64,000 bases of DNA from NCBI RefSeq assembly GCF_009914755.1, contig NC_060929.1; one strand, 5' to 3'. The notes under the pieces are model-generated. The model had not been told where the DNA came from, did not search any database, and was given only the letters and a program-made list of their open reading frames with translations. The position numbers and the translations under genes were made by a program. Source of the DNA: the human T2T-CHM13v2.0 reference genome, Homo sapiens. Each line of letters opens with the position of its first letter. Positions within the stretch are counted from its first letter, which is position 1. Shown here piece by piece: positions 1 to 11,679 of the stretch.

Positions 1-1954
1 CCTCTCTCTTCTCTCTTTTATCCCACTAGGATTGGGGGAAGGACAAGAGGAAGATAAAAGCAGGGCCTCCATTTAACCTTCCCTGTTGAGTGTGATGGCC
101 CCTTCCTGGGAGGGACCCCACTCATCCAGTTCCTGGAAAAACGAGAGAGGAGGAGCTGAGACCTGAGTATCTACTGCGGACAGTAGTACATTGAAGGCAG
201 GGCCAGGTCCTGAAGCTGACCGCCTCTGGGATCTTCAAGTCACACACCGTGTCATCCCCTAGAGTGCCAGCAGTCCTCATCTCCTCTGCTCTTTGCCACC
301 CAATCCTGAGCCCCTAGGTACAGATTGGACCCTTCTTTCTTACCTCTCAGAAACCAGGAATTCAATGCTATGCCAGCCACCTCATCACATCTTCCCCACA
401 GCCAATTTGAGTAGGACTGAGAAGTAGATGTCATCCTCTATTCCACGTGCTGTCTCCCAACTTTCCCAGTGATTGTCATGACCTTAGAAAGACTGGAGGG
501 ATGGCTGCTGCTCCCAGCAAACTTTGCCCACAGCCACCTCACATCTTCCTCTGCCCTCTCACCTGGAGAGTGCAGAGGCTATGGGGGACATGTTGAAATA
601 GCAGCTTTTATCTCTGAGCTAGACTCCACAGCCAGCAGGCCTCTGAACTAGAATGGGATTGAATCCAGGGACCCCCATTCCCACATGCAGCAACTAGAAG
701 ATCCCTAGAGCCACATCCCAAGTAAACAGACATTTTTCTTGCTGGATCCTACAAGGAGGGAGATGCAAAGGGTAGGAGAGGCTGGCCCAGGATTTTCTAG
801 AGTAATAGAGGTGACACACAAAGCTGAAGCTGAAGATGCTTAAAATAGGTGATGCTTTTCCTGTGACTGCACCAAGGCCAGCCAGCCCTGGGGGAAATCC
901 TGAGCAGTGACACAACAGATGACCCACGGAGCCACTGCAAGCTGGCCAGTGATGTCAGTGTTGGGTGAAGAATAGGTGAAGTAGCCTGCCCAGGACCATG
1001 GATTTCTACAATAATTTATTTACCCGATAAAGTGCTATTTCCTTCAAATTTAAATGTTACAACCTCCTTAGCCTTTGATCCAAGCCAACTACTTTACTTT
1101 CCTTTTAAAGGCACTGCTTTAGTGAAACACACTGATAAACTGTTTTCAAGGTAGGCATGGAAGAGAAGAACTATCATTAACACACACCTGTTGCTGCCAG
1201 TCACTAGGGGTTTGGCAAATATTATCTCACCCCGCAGCAAGCAAATGAGAGAGAGAACACTAATCCAACTGACAGAGGAGGGATCTAAGGAGTGTAGGTG
1301 GAACCAAGATTGAGCTTCAGCCCAATTAAAAAAAATAAAAAATAAAGCTTATGCCTTTCCAATTTCATGCTGCGATTTTCCATGATGGCATGCTAATCTA
1401 TCAGTTCCCTAACACAATCATTTTCTGAATGCTGAGTTTAACAAAGCCACAAAGAAATATGAGGTTTCTGAGGAAGCCAGCCTCCGCCCTTTAGGAAGCT
1501 TATAATCAAATGTTGGGGATTCCTTTCCCCCAGGAGTCTGACTTTTGCTTTTTATTGCCCTTCAACTTTTTGCAATACAATTTATAATTTGAAGAATATT
1601 TGATAAAACTGCATGATGTTCTTTGAACACAACCTCTGTTAAGACAGGTTTTGAAATGAAGAACCATATATATGAGCAAACCTCTGTTTTTGTGTTTTGT
1701 TATGGATAATTTACACAATACACAATTTATACAGTTACAAATGACTCCTCAACTCTGAACCAGGTAAAATAAACATTTCATTACTGATCTTTTTTTCTTG
1801 GAACTTCTCCACACTGAATTATACTCAAGTGCATCACAATTACCCATTTGATCTTCTCCCCGTGTATTTTGGACCTACCATCTAATTTATAAATACTAAC
1901 TACCTGTAAATGCACTACTTTTAAATTATAGCTACAATGATTTTTAAATGTGCC

Positions 1955-2390
1955 TATACTTGGGCATCATCTAGGGTTTCTAAAAAATATATTGACACCT
2001 GGGTCCACCCAAATCTCATCTTGGATTGTAGCTCCCATAATCCAACCACGTCATGGGAGGGGCCTGGTGGGAGGTAACTGAATCATGGGTGCGGGTCTTT
2101 CCCATGCTGTTCTTGTGATAGTCACATGAGAGCTGATGTTTGTACAAAGGGCAGTTCCCCTGCACACACTCTCTTGCCTGCCACCATTTAAGACATGCCT
2201 TTGTTCCTCCTTTGTCTTCCACCACAATTGTTAGGCCTCGTTAACCATGTGGATCTGTGAGTCCTCTTTTTCTTTATAAATTACCCAGTCTCGGATATTT
2301 CTATATAACAGTATGAAAATGAGCTAAAACAGCCCCCAAGAGACACGATGCAATTGGGCTCATGCAAATGTTTGAAAACCAGTGCTCTAC
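1955..2390. mobile_element. MER5A-like hAT-Charlie DNA transposon relic, split by a THE1 LTR
   Basis: Left piece '...aaaaatatattgacacctgggtcc' and right piece 'cccccaagaga...tttgaaaaccagtgctcta' resemble MER5A and its terminus. Confidence 0.45.
2004..2331 (+). mobile_element. THE1 (THE1B/C-like) solo LTR, ERVL-MaLR; first ~20 bp missing
   Basis: 'acccaaatctcatcttggattgtagctcccataat...ggcagttcccctgcacacactctcttgcctgccacc...ataaattacccagtctcgg...ctaaaaca' matches the THE1 LTR consensus. Confidence 0.9.
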
Positions 2391-3015
2391 TGAACACTAA
2401 ATACAAAAAAAAAGCTGACCTTTTGTAAACTTACTACGTTTGAAATTTTTAAGAAAATGAGATAGAAGGAGAATTAAACCTAAATTATCCAGATATCTGA
2501 ATGCACACTCATGAGGGCAATAAAGGTCTGAGAAAAGGACCTATTATGTAAATTCCAACCATGTGTACCTGGTGCCCACATGGAGGTACAAAACAAGCCT
2601 TCATAAATGTATGTTTCTCTTGTGAAGTCTCATCCTTTGTTAACTAGTGCTAAAATAGTTTAATAATGGTTACATTCCACTACGACGAATCTATTTCAAT
2701 CAGCATTCCAAAAAAATTTATTTGCTTGGTCCTTAATTCAACCTCTTTTCTTTTTGAACTGTCTGGGTTCACTGTGAAACGCTCAGTATCTTTCAAACAA
2801 CCCATTATCCTATTCCATTATGAGATTCAGATTTCATTTCTCATCTATATGTTGATCTTTCTTTTACATGCTTATAATCAAGTCCCCAAATCTGTGATGT
2901 GAGTATTTTCAGGGACCGAGTAAATAATCACACCCATGTTCACTGCTCAAGTTAGAGCCAAGTAAGAGACTCAGAAAGGATTCAGATGAAAGGACATAAC
3001 AAGTTCTCTTTTGGT

Positions 3016-3865
3016 GCTGGTCTAGTGGACATTGGAGAACATGGCTTACAGCTGTGGCCCAGAGGGAATCGTGATGCTGAAGCACATGCATGACTAGAAC
3101 AAGCTACCAGGGCTGCCTTTGGTCAACTTAATAAATTATGAAGGGGCTCATGGAGGGGCAGATCCCGGAGAGAAGAGAGAGAGGTTGAGATCATGTGTCT
3201 AGCTCTTTCTCCCAGGCTCCCCAGTCACCCTAAGGAGAGATGAGCGAGGGAGCCAAGAGAATGCAGGAGAATTTCCTAGTTGGTTTTTCTCCATTGCATA
3301 GAGATATTCAGTATACTGCAGATTTGCTTATGACCTCCACTGACAACTGTCTAATATGCACTATTATTTCATCTTGACAGCTCTCCCCATTTGCTACCTG
3401 CAATTATGTAATCTGCTCTATATCTAAAAACCATTCTTCTGCACCCTACTCTCAGGAATCTGCCTCTCCACTGGCCCTCTTCATAATTTGTTAAGTTGAC
3501 CAAAGGCATCCTCAGTGGGTTGGTCTAGCCATGCATGTGCTTCCGCATCGGGATTCCCTCTAGGCCACAGCCGTAAGCCACATTCTCCAATGTCCACTAG
3601 ACCAGCTTGGTTTTTCATAATGGTTTTTAGGTATAGAGCAGATGACATAACTGCAGGTAGTAAATGGGAAGAGCTGCCAAGATGAAATAATAATGCATAT
3701 TTGACAGTGGCCAGTGGAGATCATGAGCAAGTCTGCAGTATGCTGAATACCTGTATGCAATGGAGGAGAAACTTCTTTTGACTACTTTCCTCTTTCCCTG
3801 TGGAGGCACACCAACCAGGAAATCCTCTAGTGTAATGGTTTTTAGATATAGAGCAGATGACATAA
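3016..3865. repeat. Interleaved inverted repeats: A 3016-3172 / A' 3449-3606; B 3289-3435 / B' 3619-3765; partial third copy 3833-3865
   Basis: Manual reverse-complement alignment. B/B' has 16 mismatches in 147 nt and no gaps. A/A' is about 85% identical and begins with 24 perfect nt (gctggtctagtggacattggagaa). Confidence 0.95.
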
Positions 3866-4478
3866 TTCCTACTTTCCTTCCCAGAGCTATCAGGTGAGGA
3901 GGCAAGGCCCTGACTACTTGTGCTATCTGTCTCTTCTTAAGGACAACTCTATAGATGTCTCTCGATGGCACCCTGGGTGAGAGATCACTTAGCAGAAAAG
4001 TGAGAAGAGTCAGGGAGTAGACTTGTGAACCACCCTATAGAGCTGGTGACCCAGCCACGTTCAGTAGATGGACCACATACCATGTCCACAAAAGTTGTTG
4101 CAAAACAAAGCAGAACAAAAACAACAAGCACTTATAGAACACACTAGGGAATAAGCTGACTTTTTGTTGTGATCAGTGGACAAATACAAACTGGATACTG
4201 TAAAAGAGCTATTGTTGACCTGCTGAAAATGGCATAAGCAATAGAAAATAACACTGGTTGAAACACACAGGCACAACATCAAACTCATGTCCATGGAATT
4301 CAAAAGGACAATGGGAAAATATAAGAGAAATGAAAAAAGGTAACGTTTTAAATTCTTGTGAAAAATAACTTGATTTAAGTGGTTAACAGGTGAAAATAAT
4401 ACAGGATCTGTCACATATTCATGACTCAAAGAATATCAGTGGTAACTGATTTTAGGAGGTTTTTCTTGGGGAGGGGGA

Positions 4479-5050
4479 TGTGATAGGCAAAACTCTAAAA
4501 TGACCCCCATGTAATCCATATCCTTTTATTATCCTCTCATCCACAGATGTGGAAAAGATCTGTAAATACAATGGGATATCCTTCCATTGATTAGACTAAG
4601 TTACATGACAGATGCAAAGGGATTTTTCCAGATAGAATTAAGGTTGCTAAGAAACTGACTTCCAGTTAATCAAAAGGAAATTTATCCTGGTTGAGCGTGA
4701 TTTAATCAAGTGAACTGGTTTTAAAAAGTGCCTAGAGATGAAAGCCTCAAAGCAGCAGATGTTTCTATTGTTGGCTTAGAAGAAGCAAACCCCATGAATT
4801 CAACCACCAACAGGAAAGGAATTCTGCCAACAATCTGAGATAGCACTGATGTAAGTGGGTCCACTCCCCAGTCAAGCCTGCAGATGAGACCACAACTAGT
4901 CAATGCCTTGATTTCAGTCTAATGACACCTTAAGCAGAGGACCAACTAAGCCAAGCCTGGACTTCTGACCTTTGGAAATTGTGAGTTAACAGGCATTGTT
5001 TTAAGCCACTAACTTTGTGCTAATTTGTTATGCAGCAACAAATAATTAAT
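4479..5050 (+). mobile_element. MLT1E-like LTR (ERVL-MaLR)
   Basis: Starts 'tgtgataggcaaaactctaaaatgacccc', contains 'aattctgccaacaatctga', ends 'ttttaagccactaactttgtgctaatttgttatgcagcaa...aattaata'. Confidence 0.8.
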
Positions 5051-8000
5051 ATGAGGATAATTTGCACCAGTTTTCTTCTATTGTTCTTGCAACTTGACTA
5101 TACATATAACTATCTTGCTCATAAGTGCATACAATGTAAAAATAAAAAAATTTCCCTGATTAGAGTTCTTCATCATAATACCTTATACACAGGCTTTTTC
5201 CTCACATCAAAACATAAATTGTTATTGTGTATATTGGTAATTATAATACAGTGAGACATAATTAATGTATCCCAACATTATAGTGTTCACATTTACCTAG
5301 AAGATGAGGATGATAGTGTGTTGGTCAAAAATAGTCACAAGTTATTTTGCAAGCCATCTCTTTGGAAACAGGACAGATACAGATTTTAAAAGGAAATATC
5401 ATGAATAATGATGGCTGGAGTAAAGAAGGGTTAATTCGGATTTTTGAACAAAATAACCATATAAAAACACTTTTCAGTAACTTGAACATCAAATATAAAA
5501 TGTTATTTTTTAAAAAACTAAGTTCCAATTTAAAGTGAATAAAATATGAATTGGATGGATAATGTATGTTCTATCAAAATAAATCTAAACTATTTAACAC
5601 AGTAGGAAGCAAGCATTAGATGGAAATATGCTACTAACATATGTTAATGTGGGAAAAAAGGAAAGTGTAAGACAGAATGTATAGGAGTATCCCAAACTCG
5701 CAGGTTAAATAGTGGAAAAAAAAAATCCTAAAAATTATTATCAAAATCTACCTTGCAGAAAGAAGTATGTTGGTAGAATTTGGAGGCTGGGTTACTAGCA
5801 TCTTCCCCAACTTTATCAAAGAGGGTAATTTCCTCCCCCACTTTTCTCCTTCATAGGGGAGGGAGTAACAAACACATCAGTACTATCAGGACAGGGTGTT
5901 TGAACTTGAGCACCTTTCTGGGTCTGGAAGCCAGCCATGGAGGGGAACTGCCCTGCTGCAGGAACAGACTCTTCATGAGTCAGCCTCTTGGGCTGGACAG
6001 CCAGTGCCCGGGGCAGTCATGGAGGGGGGTCACACTGCTGCCGCTGTCACTCTCACCAACTGCACCCGCAGCATTTCCTGGGTGCCCAGACCAGTGCAGA
6101 GCACATGGCTCACCTCACCCTATTCGACCAGACCCCCATTCTGCAAGTGGGTACATGTAACAGCGCGGCAGCAGGGCTGAGCTCTGGGTACCCAGCCATC
6201 TCACAACAACCACAGGAGCCACTCAGGGGACCAGGCCAGCTGGCAGAGGACAGGGGCTGCTTTTTCTTTCTCAGTAATCACAATTCACTTCTACAACTGT
6301 CATAATTCCATTTTAGAAAAGTAAAGTGTAAGACTGCCCTCTCAGAAGGGAATTCATCAATTTGCATATTTCCTGGAGACTTCTTTCTGTTACTCTATTA
6401 ATTTATTAACACTTTTTAAAGTGATGCAGTTTCCCAAGATGCTCTCTGTCTGATAAATCATTGAGGTGGTTATAAATAAAGCATTACACCTTAATTCCCT
6501 AGGTATCTAACCCAGAAAACTAGATGCTACTGATTTTCTACAGAGATGTTCTGAAAATTAATTGCTACTGATAATTCAATTCTTCCCTAAAATCAGGAAA
6601 GGCTGAAGCAAGATGGGCAGATAAAATGTTTTCAGATGCTAGACAGAACAAAAATGACAAAGACAATGTAAACCTATGCTAGGATAATTAAAGAAAGTTT
6701 GTGCCTTATTTCGGACTAAAGAAACTGAACTGAAGGAGAAAATGGACTTTTCCTGAAGATCCCTCTCCTTTAGTTTTTTGTTTGTTTGTTTTAAATCATT
6801 TCCATGAATACACACTTATCTTGAATTATCCAAAGTTCTCACACTGTGCTAACTAACATACTGAGCTTGTAGTTCCCAGAGAAATTTTAGGGTTTACCCA
6901 CATTTTCATTTTATTCTTGAACTAAAGTCACAACATTTTCCCGAATAGAGTTGGGGGACAGAAGTAAGCATATGAAAATGTCAGAGGAAGGGACTCTGCC
7001 TTCCTAAAGCTTGGCCTCCGCAAACATGCAAAATTGTTTAAACAATAAGGTCACATCTCATCAGCAACTTAGGTTCCTCCAGACCTGGAGTCGGCAGTAT
7101 GTTTGTGATGCTATGGATGGAATGATCCCATGACACTAATATAAAAACTTCTGGACTATGCGATAGTGGACAAGTTATTAAAGTCCCTAAAATGTAGGGA
7201 TTGGGGAAAGCAAGTCTTTATTAGTACCAATAAATTTTCTTAATTTAAGCAATGGCAGCTTTACATAGTATTCTGAACAACTAGAGCTAAGCAAAACTGT
7301 TACGCATGTGCACAACTAGTTTGGACAGTCTGTTGATAATCAAGATATACTAAATGTCTCCAATTATGTTAACAACTCGGCAAGATTTGAAAGCGAACAT
7401 AAATCATAGGTAAAATAAATGCAACAACACTAATAACTGTAATGCATGACTTACTAGAAACTATATTTCAGCCACTTTTCTAGAGAATCATTTACACGCC
7501 AACATATCTAGCCACCACAGCCACACCATGAAGTAGACCCTTCAGTTATGACTAATCTGCCTGCAATTGATGTACTTATTATGTAAAGCATTTGTAATGT
7601 TACCTTTTTATTTCTTAGTAGGTTGAATTTTGAGCATTTTAAGATTTTTTTATTAACAGAAAGTATTATTGGAACTCCATTTGAAATACTTGGTTGGTTA
7701 TATTGGAAATCACTGAACTTTACACATTCCCATAATTTAATAAAGGAAACTCTGAATGTGTATGTCCATGTCTGTGCACACATGTGTGTGCATCCATGCC
7801 TGAACAATATGGATTACTTTGTACAGTTATTCTCGAGCTTTTAGTAGGTAAAGATAAAATAGAGTTGCATTTTGTTAGGGGAATTTTTCTATTCCCTAGT
7901 GAGATTGTGTTCAGTTCTTAATGTACTTTTCCTTAGAAGTGCAAATAAATGAATATGAATTGACAGGATCCTATAAATTAGTAACACTGACTTTCCAACA

Positions 8001-8429
8001 AAACACAGTAGACATTCATTTATAGAACATTGCTCCCTATAAGTTTACTGCTTTGAAGAATATATGCTTAAAATCCAATGATATTTCATTGCTGAAATGA
8101 TATTTGAAAGTGTTTTTTAAGAAGATTTCAAAACAGAACTCATTACCTAATGATCACATCTAATTTTTAATTCCAGTTGATGCTTCTCAGTTTGACCAAC
8201 CGTAGCCTTAAAATAACCTTGGTTAAATTTTTTAAAACTAAAAATTCAAAAAATATGTATCATAATATTCAGGACTCAAGACTTTCACAATTTGGCTATT
8301 AAGGTTATTCCCACACATCAACATTAAATCAGTCTAATAACTTCTTGCACAAGACTTGCACTAGTCCTGTCCTCAAATCTGTAAGAGGGCTGCCTTCACT
8401 CCAGCAAAGAGCAAGTATCATAACTTTAT

Positions 8430-10250
8430 CTCACATTTTATACTTTTTAAATATTTAGGGCCTTTAATCAACTTGGAATTTATGTGTTTAGTGGGAAGAT
8501 GAAAATCTAATATTACTTTACTTTTCCATATAGACAGCCAAAGATACCACATTAAGACAACAGCACTGATTGAAAAAGTCTCCTCTGTTTCTCCCTTATA
8601 TATGAAATTCTCACATACGTAGAAGTCTATTTCTAGTTATATCATTGTTTTAAGAGCTTAGTGATGCAATCCATGTAAATAAAAACAAGCACAGTGCTCA
8701 TGCATACTTTGTCTTATTAACATTATTATTATTATTATTTATTATACTTTAAGTTCTAGGGTACATGTGCGCAATGTGCAGGTTTGTTACATATGTATAC
8801 ATGTGCCATGTTGGTGTGCTGCACTCATTAACTCGTCATTTACATTAGGTATATCTCCTAATGCTATCCCTCCCCCCTCCCCCTACCCCACAACAGGCCC
8901 TGGTGTGGGATGTACCCCTTCCTGTGTCCAAGTGTTCTCATTGTTCAATTCCCACCTATGAATGAGAACATGCAGTGTTTGGTTTTTTGTCCTTGCGATA
9001 GTTTGCTGAGAATGATGGTTTCCAGCTTCATCCATGTCAAAGAAATGCATATCAAAACCACAATGAGATACCATCTCACACCAGTTAGAATGGCGATCAT
9101 TAAAAAGTCAGGGAACAACAGGTGCTGGAGAGGATGTGGAGAAATAGGAACACTTTTACACTGTTGGTGGGACTGTAAACTAGTCGACCATCATGGAAGA
9201 CAGTGTGGTGATTTCTCAAGGATCTAGAACTAGAAATACCATTTGACCTAACATTATTACTACTTTCTAAATTATCCTGGATTATTTTGTTCACTTACAT
9301 TTTCATGTGACTTTCTGAATCAATTTTTTGCCACTCCTGAAAAATCTTCTTTGGATTTTGGAGTGGGAGAGCATTAAATTTGTTTATTAGGAGTAATTTT
9401 CTCTTGCCTTCCCATTCACAAACCTTCTACTGTCTCCTTTTATCCTGTTCTTCTTTATGAGCTTCTATGAAATTTATCTCCTAAAAAGTTTTGCATATTT
9501 TTGTTAGGATTTTATTTATGCATCTTATAATTTTATTATTTCTGCGAGTAAGAATATATTTTCTATTATATTTTCTAGTTATTTATGGCTGGTATAGAGG
9601 AAAGCTATTGATTTTTGTATTTTGAGATTTAATCTGAATATCTTAATGGACTCATTTTTATTAGTTATAATAGCTTTTCAGTTACTCCCTTGGGTTTTCT
9701 GGGTATATAGACTATAAAGTCTACAAATAATGCCATATTTCTTGCTTCCAAATCTTTTTACCCCTGCCATATTTAGAATTGCCTAGTATCTCAAATACAA
9801 TGTTGAATATTGGAAGTGATACAAAGCATAACATTCCAGATTTTAATTAAAATACTTCTCATATTTCACCACTGAATATAATATTCTGATTGGTAACTCC
9901 TTTACAAGTTTAAGAACTTCCTTTTATTTTATTCTGCTAAGAGATTTGTTTTTTAACCAAGATTGGGTATTACACGTTATCAAATGTATGTTGAACATCT
10001 GCTGAGATGACCAGAAAGCCTTTCTTCTGACTAGTATTAATGTACTAGTTTTCATTCATGAGTTTTCTAATATTGAGCCATCCTTGCATATTTGCAACAA
10101 AACATGCTTTGCTATAACTAGTTTTTATGCTTCGAGGATTGAATTTGCTCCAGTGTTTAAAATTGAGCTGGACCTATCATTTCATTTACTGATTTCCATT
10201 TCTGGCCGGGTTACTGGGGTATCCTGTATTGCTTATCTAAAAATTAAATT
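8430..10250 (-). mobile_element. Old L1M (L1ME-like) ORF2/3' fragment interrupted by a young L1PA
   Basis: T-rich antisense L1 motifs such as 'gctattgatttttgtattttg', 'aatacaatgttgaata', 'tttcaccactgaatataatatt' and 'ttgagccatccttgcat'. Confidence 0.7.
8729..9248 (-). mobile_element. 5'-truncated, 5'-inverted L1PA (about L1PA3-5) with TSD
   Basis: 8729-9038 is the antisense L1PA 3' end ('ttatactttaagttctagggtacatgtgc...atccatgtc'). 9039-9248 is the sense ORF2 C-terminal piece ([40 protein letters not shown]). TSD 'taacattatta' at 8718-8728 and 9249-9259. Confidence 0.92.
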
Positions 10251-10439
10251 TCTCAAAAATAAACTTTTTTTGGTTAATCAATTTGAATTGCATCATGTCA
10301 TTCATTTGTCAGTCTTTCCATTATCCCCTACTCCAGAAGAAGTTTCAGCCACTTAGTGCCTGCCATATGCTTGTTGCTGTTCATTAGAAAAACATTTCAA
10401 TATGAAGTCCTGGAGCCCTCTGAGTTGACTGACAATGTC

Positions 10440-10615
10440 ATAGAGGTGTAGATTGAGCATGGGCTTTTGAGTCAGAGCTGACAGGTCCCCTTACTGTGTC
10501 AGTTTAAACCTATGCTCTCTTCCTTTGTAAAATGAACATAATTCCTACTTTATATGCTGCTGTAATGACTGAGTAAGGTAATGCTCACAGTGTACCTAGG
10601 GCACACAAGATTTTC
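10440..10615 (+). mobile_element. MIR SINE relic
   Basis: 'gagcatgggcttttgagtcaga' and 'ttcctttgtaaaatgaacataattcctac' match the MIR core. Confidence 0.55.
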
Positions 10616-10889
10616 TACACGTAATGATGTGCTGATTTTTCTTGATGAATGTGAATGTGAACATTTGCTTCTTTGAATATGTCAGCCTTGGTCTCTGCAT
10701 GTTGAGTGATGCATAGAGTTTACACAGTAAATCTACAAATATCACTCATAAAAGAAATGTTTACGGGTAGTCCTTTGAAAACAAATTGGCATTTATTTAC
10801 AAAATCAAAAGTTAGATACAGACCCTGGGACAATCTGACAGTGGAGGGAATGAACACCATGTGGTAGGGTCAGGAGCCCACATAGCAAT

Positions 10890-11325
10890 TGTCACAGAAT
10901 GAATGGTATTCCCCAGATAGATACGTTGAGGGCTTAATTCTCCAGTATCAGTGAACATGATCTTATTCAGACATGGGATTTTTGCAGACATAACTGGTTC
11001 AAATGAGGTTACACTGGGATGGGATGGGCCCAATCCAACAGGACTGGAGTCCTTAAAAAAAGAGAGATGATGATGTGAAGACACTGGCACCCTGGGAGAA
11101 CACCATGGGAAGACAGAGGCGGACAGTGGAGCAACATATCTACAAGCAAGGAATGCCTGGGGTTACCAGGAGCTGGAAGAGGCATGAATCCTCCTCCAGA
11201 GATGTCAGAGGGAACATGGCTGTGCCAACACTCTGATTTCAGATTTCTAACCTGCAGAAGGGTAAGATAATACATTTCAGTTATTTTAAACCACATAGTT
11301 GGTCATACTTTGTTACAGCAGCCTG
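10890..11325 (+). mobile_element. MLT1B/C-like LTR
   Basis: 'caaggaatgcctggggttaccaggagctggaagaggc...gagggaacatggctgtgccaacactctgatttcaga...tactttgttacagcagcc'. Confidence 0.8.
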
Positions 11326-11665
11326 CGGGGTATGGGCAGGGGGTATCTCATGGATCAGAGCCATGAAATAACTTAGAGGTTCAGGTTGTCAAGCAAACCA
11401 AGAGGAAGACCGTGCAACAAGAAAATGCTGATATTAAGCCAAATGTTATCTGAGCTAGTATGAAAGCAAGAACATGTTCTCAAGTGCACACCAGCTAGAA
11501 CAAATGGAAGGAAATGGCCGAAAGGGTCAGAGAATAAATGGCATAAATGCCACGATGGCTACTTATGTTGAAGATTTATTAAAAGTGCATCAGATGCTCA
11601 TCAATCCACTAGGTAATGGGTGTGACTGTAACTGTTAAGTATATTTGATAATGTATTTGGCAAAC

Positions 11666-11679
11666 GTTGCCATAGAAAC
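11666..11679. promoter_or_regulatory. RFX X-box-like motif
   Basis: GTTGCCATAGAAAC against the consensus GTTRCCATRGYAAC, in non-repeat sequence. Motif match only. Confidence 0.3.

Noticed and set aside
372-549. Repeated 'cagccacctc(atc)acatcttcc' about 157 bp apart
   Set aside because: Only ~20 nt with a gap, and the similarity does not extend.
5780-6305. Three overlapping + ORFs in a GC-richer patch
   Set aside because: No recognisable protein or splice context. Stop depletion is explained by GC content.
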